This document shows, piece after piece, positions 58,497-64,000 of a stretch of DNA of 64,000 nt. How positions within the stretch are numbered: the first letter of the stretch is position 1; every line of letters starts with the position of its first letter. Where the stretch lies: assembly GCA_017465405.1 (NCBI GenBank), contig JAFTWG010000012.1:3692-67691 (forward strand), written 5' to 3'. Made by a program: the position numbers and the translations under genes. Below the pieces are notes generated by a model, which worked only from the letters and a program-made list of their open reading frames with translations, was not told the DNA's origin and did no database searches. Source of the DNA: Alphaproteobacteria bacterium. GTDB taxonomy: Bacteria; Pseudomonadota; Alphaproteobacteria; RF32; CAG-239.

Positions 58497-58791
58497 TCAG
58501 TGCATTAATACGCCGACATTTAAGAACTTCAAAACCTGTTCCAAAAATTTGTTTAAGAGTTTTTTGTGAACACCAATGTTTGTCATCGGTGTATATATTT
58601 ATCCAAGTTGACGTTTTGTCTTGATAATCACAATAAACCACACCGCCGACAATTTTATTTTGATAAACTATCCCAAGAGCCAAACAATCATTAACATCAT
58701 CAAAATTTAGTCCCAGACCTTTAGCTACATACGTTTTTATATTTCCGCTTTTATCATAAAAAACCTCAGACAATTCCATCTCCCGTTTCAA
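58336..58791 (-). CDS. GNAT-family acetyltransferase embedded in the tail gene block (RimJ/RimL-like)
   Basis: 151 aa with a GNAT fold signature (...LAKRCGFKKEGKMRQF...). The annotated ORF overlaps the fibre gene by 160 nt, so the true start is probably an internal Met. Confidence 0.5.
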   Translation of the reverse strand: MKREMELSEVFYDKSGNIKTYVAKGLGLNFDDVNDCLALGIVYQNKIVGGVVYCDYQDKTSTWINIYTDDKHWCSQKTLKQIFGTGFEVLKCRRINALIDTRNKSSISLAKRCGFKKEGKMRQFRDNGQDVFVFGMLRNECKFINNSKKEK

Positions 58792-60376
58792 AACGAAAAC
58801 CGGTATTGTACCATTCGATTAAATTGCCTTTTGTTTTAGTTTTAAAAACCAGTGACGCCTTAAAACCGGTTGCCGAATTTCCAATCCATTGACTGCGAAT
58901 ATGTCCTCTTAAAGTTTCCCATTTTGTACCAATCGGATTTTTAGTGCTGCTCCACTTATATTTATTCCATTTTGTTCCGTTTGAACCACCCAGATTCTCA
59001 ATATAATCCAATTCATTATCATCAAAATCCATATTGGTATAAATGCTTAAAGCGAACGAGCTCAAGCTTCTTGTTCTCGGATTTAACATTTGAATTTTTT
59101 TCAAACCGGTAATCCCAAGATTACAATAAGCTTGATGTACATTTCCCAAAATCGGCAACCCATTATCGGAATATCCGTCATCAAAACGAAAAACCCCTCC
59201 GCTTGAGCCAAAATAAAGCCTACCGTCAAATAAACACCAACATAGTGAATTTATACCGGTAAAACGGCACCAAGCACCGGAACTGATGTTTATAACATGT
59301 TGTTCAAAACGACTACGTACCGGAACATTAAAAAGCGCATATCCTCCTCGTGGATAAATTATTCCTTGCCAACCGCTCAATTTTTTATTGTCTCTAATGC
59401 GTGATAAAACAAGCCCTCTTATCTTATCACTATATGCAACCTTGCCATTTTGTCCTTCAGGTAAGGAAATAACCGTTGATAAAGGAACATATCCTTCTTC
59501 ACATATGACAATTATGTCTCCGCCATATTGAAAAGTACAATATTCTCCCACCGGCGGAGAAATAAAATATTTTCCTTTTAATTGCCAGTCATCAGAATTT
59601 GACGGATTGCTACCGGAATATACCAGAACCTCTCCCTCTGAGGTTATAAAAACGGTCAAATCATCTATTCCCTGTCCCCCGTCTTGTGTCCAACAAGCAA
59701 TAGCTTTCAAATAACCGCCTTTTGCCGTCAAAAGTGACAAATCGACCTTGTTTAAATTTCCCTGAACTTCCCCAACACCTTCAGAGAACCAATAATTCAG
59801 AGAATTTTTCTCAATAAAAAATAACCGTTGTTTTGAAACGGTTACATCACATAACATTGATTTATCAAGATTATCTCCCTGTAATTCGGTTTCTTGCCAA
59901 ATCCAATTTTCATCACTGTCCTGAAAATAACTCAAAGGTTCATCAACCCCGTTACACATAATTAAACGATTGCGAAATTGAACATAATGCCAACGATTGT
60001 TAAGCAACCCTTCTTTTTCAAGCTTATTATTTGCAGAAGTTGCATCAAATATTTTGCCGTTACCGACTGCAAAAATACGTTTATTCAACGGTGAATGAAA
60101 TGCTATTAATGTTTCAACTTTAATATTTCGTTCGTTTAAGGCATAAATTTTATATCCCCCTCGCAAACAAACTTTTGTTTCCGCCGGATAATAATTATCC
60201 ATTACAATAGCATCATTAGGAGACATATTATCCAATCCGTCTCTTTGATTTAATCCTCCGATTGGAGCCGACAAGATATAATTTTGTGTTCGATTAAGCA
60301 TTCGATTTAACATAAAACACCTCCTCGCTTTCTGCCAAATTATTTCTGCCGCCCAAAAAAATATTTTCACCGGCAA
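58766..60376 (-). CDS. large phage structural protein, 536 aa (tail/baseplate candidate). Start probably at an internal Met (MLNRMLNRTQ)
   Basis: Beta-rich, W/Y/G-rich. No motif I can name. Confidence 0.4.
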   Translation of the reverse strand: MPVKIFFWAAEIIWQKARRCFMLNRMLNRTQNYILSAPIGGLNQRDGLDNMSPNDAIVMDNYYPAETKVCLRGGYKIYALNERNIKVETLIAFHSPLNKRIFAVGNGKIFDATSANNKLEKEGLLNNRWHYVQFRNRLIMCNGVDEPLSYFQDSDENWIWQETELQGDNLDKSMLCDVTVSKQRLFFIEKNSLNYWFSEGVGEVQGNLNKVDLSLLTAKGGYLKAIACWTQDGGQGIDDLTVFITSEGEVLVYSGSNPSNSDDWQLKGKYFISPPVGEYCTFQYGGDIIVICEEGYVPLSTVISLPEGQNGKVAYSDKIRGLVLSRIRDNKKLSGWQGIIYPRGGYALFNVPVRSRFEQHVINISSGAWCRFTGINSLCWCLFDGRLYFGSSGGVFRFDDGYSDNGLPILGNVHQAYCNLGITGLKKIQMLNPRTRSLSSFALSIYTNMDFDDNELDYIENLGGSNGTKWNKYKWSSTKNPIGTKWETLRGHIRSQWIGNSATGFKASLVFKTKTKGNLIEWYNTGFRFETGDGIV

Positions 60377-61043
60377 TACCGGCTCCTAATCTTTTGCGAC
60401 ATTCTTTTTCATATTCATTAAATTCTTCCTGATAAGCTTGTCCGTTGCGAGCCTGCAATCGCCATCTTATAGCCAACTTTACCAAATATTCATCAAACAG
60501 AGGAATATCGCTGTCTTTAGTTATTTCTGTTTTTTCAACAAATAATCCTTTATCAAATGCTACCACCGCTGAACGATATTGAAAAACAATCTTAATTCCG
60601 TCTGGCGGAGGAGTTAAAAAGCGAAACATAGAATTTTGGATTTTAAATTTTATTTTATTGCTCGTATCACACAAAAATTTTTCACGTTGCCATTGTTCCG
60701 GAGTAATTGCTCCGATAACTTTTTCGTTTACATCTTTGATATAAACCGTATTATTCAAAAGCTGAAAAAAATCAGGGCAAAAAGACTTAAGCAGATAATC
60801 TGTTTTTCCTCTTATGGTTTTCAGTTCTCCATCTTTTATCAGCTCTTGCCAATCTCCAAAACGCAATAAACCGTTCAAAGCATCTTTAGCCACACTCAAA
60901 AAAATTTTATCATTTTGACTATTACTTTCAAACAAAGATTGTGGAGCTTGAACACAGGCTAAACTAGCTACGTCTTTGCATATTTCTAATATACTTTTCA
61001 TTGTTATTGCTCCTTGTTGTATTTTGTTGTTGTAACGCTTCAA
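60294..61043 (-). CDS. hypothetical phage protein, 249 aa (start likely internal)
   Basis: ORF overlapping both neighbours. Confidence 0.4.
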   Translation of the reverse strand: MKRYNNKIQQGAITMKSILEICKDVASLACVQAPQSLFESNSQNDKIFLSVAKDALNGLLRFGDWQELIKDGELKTIRGKTDYLLKSFCPDFFQLLNNTVYIKDVNEKVIGAITPEQWQREKFLCDTSNKIKFKIQNSMFRFLTPPPDGIKIVFQYRSAVVAFDKGLFVEKTEITKDSDIPLFDEYLVKLAIRWRLQARNGQAYQEEFNEYEKECRKRLGAGIAGENIFLGGRNNLAESEEVFYVKSNA

Positions 61044-61551
61044 TTTTTGACTCTAGTGTTTTGATTTTTTGAAGATATTGTTGTTCTTTATTTTGCCATT
61101 CGGCCAAACTTAAATTACCTTTAGCCCGTTCAACAAATTTGCGAGCTAAATCACGTTCTTTATTAAGTTGTAAATTTTCGGTCCGTTCATCACCTAAATT
61201 AGCCAAAGCTTCAACCGTAAAAATCCCGCGAAGTTTTAGCCCTGCAATTTCTGCAACATCAAGAAATGCAAAATGCTCTAACGGCGTGCCGTCTTCCACC
61301 TGTTTCTTATTTTGCTTATAACGTTCATATTCAAGCGGAAAGCGTCTTATTTTCTCACTGTCCGCAGGCTGATTAAAAATTTCGGAATTATTATCTTTAA
61401 TTCGTATCTCACAAAAACATTTAAGCTTGAACTTCGGCAAACCGTCAGCACTTAATTCGTCGGTTTTAACAGCCTTATCGTAAAAACGAGCGATTACCCC
61501 GTCTTCTGAGTTTGTATTACGAGTAAACTTTTCAAAAGTTGCAAAATCCAT
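60964..61551 (-). CDS. hypothetical phage protein, 195 aa, coiled-coil C-terminus
   Basis: Clean ORF immediately downstream of the capsid candidate. Confidence 0.45.
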   Translation of the reverse strand: MDFATFEKFTRNTNSEDGVIARFYDKAVKTDELSADGLPKFKLKCFCEIRIKDNNSEIFNQPADSEKIRRFPLEYERYKQNKKQVEDGTPLEHFAFLDVAEIAGLKLRGIFTVEALANLGDERTENLQLNKERDLARKFVERAKGNLSLAEWQNKEQQYLQKIKTLESKIEALQQQNTTRSNNNEKYIRNMQRRS

Positions 61552-61614
61552 TTTATTTCTCCATATAAAAAGGCGGCACCGTTAAAGCACCGCCCTTATT
61601 TATTATTCTAAAAA

Positions 61615-62586
61615 TTATTCGGCATTATTAATTAATACCCCTTGCAGAGCCGCATTAGACATTGTCATATTACCGGCCCATCCGATGATTTTATAAATTG
61701 CATCTTGGTTAACCGACATTCTCTCCCCACCGATTACTTTCATATTGCGATCTTGATGCGAGCGCAGATATAGATAATTGGTATTCAAGAAATACATTCT
61801 ATCTTCCGGACAACAACCGCCCTGTCCTGCATCACAAACAACATCTGCCCCCTTAAAACGTAATGTTTCAAAACCTGCTTCTGCCAATTTGCTGTCGGTA
61901 AATCTTTGTTGAGCAGTTAAAGATTGTTCAAAAAGAGAATATAAATCATTTCCGGTAACAATCAAATCAGGTTTATCGGTTCCACGATTTAATGACATAT
62001 ACATCTTATCCATTGCCGGACGAATTGAATCTATTGTCAATGGGTTAGCAACAGTTGTTGATTTATTACGCCAAAATTCGTTACCGGCAGTTGAACGATC
62101 AATACCTCCTACAACACCGGTTTCCGGAGCATCTGCAATTAAAAGTTTCAAACCGCCGATAGCTTTTCCCCCTGCTGATGTTCCATCTCCATAAACAGCC
62201 TCAGCCATTTTGTTGCTCATCGTTTTAACTGCGTTTTCAATTCTTTTTTCAAACAAATCCATCATCTGAAAATGACCGGAATTTTTGAGCATATCTTCAC
62301 CGGATATGGCAACGGGAACAGCACATAGTTTGAGAGAATATTCTGCTGCAGTAAAAAGTTGTTTGGGAGTATATTCGATTGTATCATAACCGGAATACCA
62401 AGTCATATCACCTTGTCCGTATTCCAGCTCTTCCACAATTTTTGAACCACCGGATATATTGCGACTATGTCCTTTTTCTTGCAATCGCTTCAATAGTGCA
62501 TTGTTGTTTGAAACCACATCTGCCAATTGACCGCTGCGATTTTTCAAAGTAGTTGTAAAAATATCATTATAATCTGAATTTGCCAT
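61615..62586 (-). CDS. putative major capsid protein, 323 aa
   Basis: Positional: follows a scaffold-like gene. Mixed alpha/beta, Gly-rich loops. Assignment by context only. Confidence 0.4.
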   Translation of the reverse strand: MANSDYNDIFTTTLKNRSGQLADVVSNNNALLKRLQEKGHSRNISGGSKIVEELEYGQGDMTWYSGYDTIEYTPKQLFTAAEYSLKLCAVPVAISGEDMLKNSGHFQMMDLFEKRIENAVKTMSNKMAEAVYGDGTSAGGKAIGGLKLLIADAPETGVVGGIDRSTAGNEFWRNKSTTVANPLTIDSIRPAMDKMYMSLNRGTDKPDLIVTGNDLYSLFEQSLTAQQRFTDSKLAEAGFETLRFKGADVVCDAGQGGCCPEDRMYFLNTNYLYLRSHQDRNMKVIGGERMSVNQDAIYKIIGWAGNMTMSNAALQGVLINNAE

Positions 62587-62621
62587 TTTATATTTTCCTC
62601 TAAAAATTAAGTTATTACAAA

Positions 62622-63176
62622 TTAATAATCCAATGCCGCAAATTGACGCTCTAACATTTCTCGGGTTGTCAATTTACCGCTGTCATCACCGCTTTTGCGA
62701 TGACCTTTAACAACAAAAGCCGCATCTTTTGCTGCCTTTGCTTCCTCTGCTTTTGCCAAAATTTTATTATCGCTTTGAACCTTAGCCATAAAATCAGCTC
62801 GCAAAAAACGAACTTCATTAATCAAATTTCCGATTGCCTCAACGCAAAAAGCCAACAATTCATTATTTTGATTTTGCGGAGGACAAAGTTCAATTCCATA
62901 TGAACGAGCTAAAAATTGCAAAGCTCCCGCCGGATTTTTTTCAATTAAATCTTCGGCTTCAATAAGCTTTTCAATCCACTCCTTTACATTTTTAAAACCT
63001 CGCTTATGTCCTTTGCTTTTAAACACCTCATCTAAAAAACGAGGAGCATCTTCCCAAACAAAAACGGCAGCTTGTTCTGAGCTGCCGTTTTGATTTTCAA
63101 ATTCATCTTCCGGTAATTTTCCGGTCATTTGTTTCATTCCATATTCTCCTTTTATAGTTATTGATAAATTCCGCAA
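62622..63176 (-). CDS. putative scaffolding protein, 184 aa
   Basis: Highly charged, helical, Ala/Lys/Glu-rich C-terminus (EEAKAAKDAAF). Located immediately upstream of the capsid candidate. Confidence 0.35.
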   Translation of the reverse strand: MRNLSITIKGEYGMKQMTGKLPEDEFENQNGSSEQAAVFVWEDAPRFLDEVFKSKGHKRGFKNVKEWIEKLIEAEDLIEKNPAGALQFLARSYGIELCPPQNQNNELLAFCVEAIGNLINEVRFLRADFMAKVQSDNKILAKAEEAKAAKDAAFVVKGHRKSGDDSGKLTTREMLERQFAALDY

Positions 63177-63375
63177 ACATAACTTTGCGAATTGCCTTTT
63201 CCCGATTATATTTCACATTTCGGCGGAAGGCCTCCGAATAATCACCTGCGGCAACCAATCCGTTTTCGTTCAAATATTTATCTACGTCTTGCTTACAACA
63301 GGCAATACCGCCATCAGGAAGTTGTATTTCTTCCATCCATTGTTTGTTAAAATAAGTCATAAAATTACTCCGCAA
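63103..63375 (-). CDS. hypothetical phage protein, 90 aa
   Basis: ORF in the head-gene block. Confidence 0.35.
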   Translation of the reverse strand: MRSNFMTYFNKQWMEEIQLPDGGIACCKQDVDKYLNENGLVAAGDYSEAFRRNVKYNREKAIRKVMFAEFINNYKRRIWNETNDRKITGR

Positions 63376-63961
63376 GTTTTATCGCCGTTTTTAGCTGTAA
63401 CTCCTTTTCCGCCAGAGCTAATTTATCAGCATCATTTTTTGCCTTCAACATTAACTCTTTTTCTTTTAACGAATTTTTTTGTTGTTCCAATTCCAACACT
63501 TTATCAGGTTGAGGAGGTAGCGGAGGAGCAAAAAGCTCTTTTTCGATATTGCTAAATACATTTTCAATTACCGTTTCAAAACAACGAGCCTTCGGCATTG
63601 TCGTTATTACTGCCTGCATCATATTGCGATATAACGGAAGTAAGTGTTTTTGTTGACTGACGGTAAGTAACGCTTCTTGTATCATTTTTCCGATACACTC
63701 TATTGCCGATAAAACTGCGCTGTTTTCTTCGCTTTGATTTAGAACATTAGCGGTTTCTACACTAAAAATCATTCCGCGTAATTTTTCGGTTTTTAATAAA
63801 TTTATTGCTTCGTCAATTAAGCTCTTATCCTCACGCATTTCTTTCGGTAAAAAAGAAACAAGCTTATCTTTTGAAAAATATTCACAAATGATTTCGGCTT
63901 TAATTCGCAATAAATCCCTTATAAAACTTTGCATCTCATTTTGTCGGTCCTGATTACGCAA
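63365..63961 (-). CDS. hypothetical phage protein, 198 aa, coiled-coil
   Basis: ORF. Another minus-strand gene appears to end near 63975, so the block continues beyond the window. Confidence 0.4.
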   Translation of the reverse strand: MRNQDRQNEMQSFIRDLLRIKAEIICEYFSKDKLVSFLPKEMREDKSLIDEAINLLKTEKLRGMIFSVETANVLNQSEENSAVLSAIECIGKMIQEALLTVSQQKHLLPLYRNMMQAVITTMPKARCFETVIENVFSNIEKELFAPPLPPQPDKVLELEQQKNSLKEKELMLKAKNDADKLALAEKELQLKTAIKLAE

Positions 63962-64000
63962 AGTTCCGAAATTAGTCTTTTTGACTATTGCAGTCGCTGT

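Noticed and set aside
1-64000. Integrase, transposase, IS elements, rRNA, CRISPR/cas
   Set aside because: Looked for DDE/tyrosine-recombinase motifs, terminal inverted repeats flanking ORFs, rRNA-like conserved stretches and repeat-spacer arrays. None found. Mobility of the toxin array and prophage therefore cannot be asserted from this window.

Overview
The window is a 64 kb chromosomal segment from a low-GC, LPS-producing (diderm) bacterium; the lineage cannot be fixed from sequence alone. It mixes conserved envelope and energy genes with several accessory islets and a prophage.

Core content, in order:
- 1.4-5.5 kb: LPS-export / ribosome-hibernation cluster kdsD, an OstA-family LptC/LptA-like gene, lptB, hpf and a ptsN-like EIIA. 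rpoN is missing from its usual place between lptB and hpf.
- 7.9-11.0 kb: a MacAB-type adaptor + ABC ATPase + FtsX permease operon.
- An MlaC homolog, a family-3 solute-binding protein, a tandem-GT2 glycosyltransferase, a compact divergent MetK homolog, LMW-PTP, queH, mnmA, dsbD, a CDP-alcohol phosphatidyltransferase, then a complete apbE-rseC-rnfBCDGEA locus at 30.7-37.1 kb.
- A second GT2, a flavodoxin, GNATs, a MORN/YwqK-repeat protein, an FHA protein and tRNA-Lys(CTT) at 43.6 kb.
- U32 peptidase and msbA at 49.3-53.3 kb.

Accessory and novel content:
1. 44.15-49.3 kb, directly beside tRNA-Lys (whose 3' end is duplicated 220 bp away, att-like). This is a tandem array of polymorphic toxin cassettes on the minus strand.
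   - The genes share a conserved, unrecognised ~50-70 aa N-terminal domain.
   - Each start codon is preceded 25 nt upstream by the same hairpin+U8 element.
   - The C-terminal domains are swapped peptidoglycan hydrolases: lysozyme/SLT-like, GH108 muramidase, and a degraded T4-lysozyme-like copy.
   - Downstream are membrane or secreted immunity candidates; between the cassettes lie plus-strand secreted protein/lipoprotein genes, two of which are paralogous lipoproteins whose shared promoter and N-terminus lie inside the repeat.
   This is the strongest candidate for an undescribed system.
2. 24.9-27.3 kb: a 470-aa toxin with a Gly-rich linker, followed by two SUKH-like immunity paralogs.
3. 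5.6-7.75 kb: a three-gene operon of unrecognisable proteins with atypical composition, bracketed by terminators.
4. 11.06-14.2 kb: an outer-membrane beta-barrel plus a 744-aa surface lipoprotein with a Bacteroidetes-like export signal, internal repeats and higher GC.
5. 21.7-23.0 kb: a GC-rich macro-domain gene and an unknown partner.
6. About 23.94-24.13 kb: a GC-rich structured noncoding element.
7. 53.4 kb to the window end: a prophage-like block, all minus strand. It has a lysis cassette (holin, SleB-type endolysin, overlapping spanin-like pair), tail-collar and S74-chaperone fibre genes, an embedded GNAT, and capsid/scaffold candidates. It continues past the window.

No rRNA, CRISPR array, transposase or integrase was seen. 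All GC and codon statements are by eye; no computation was possible.
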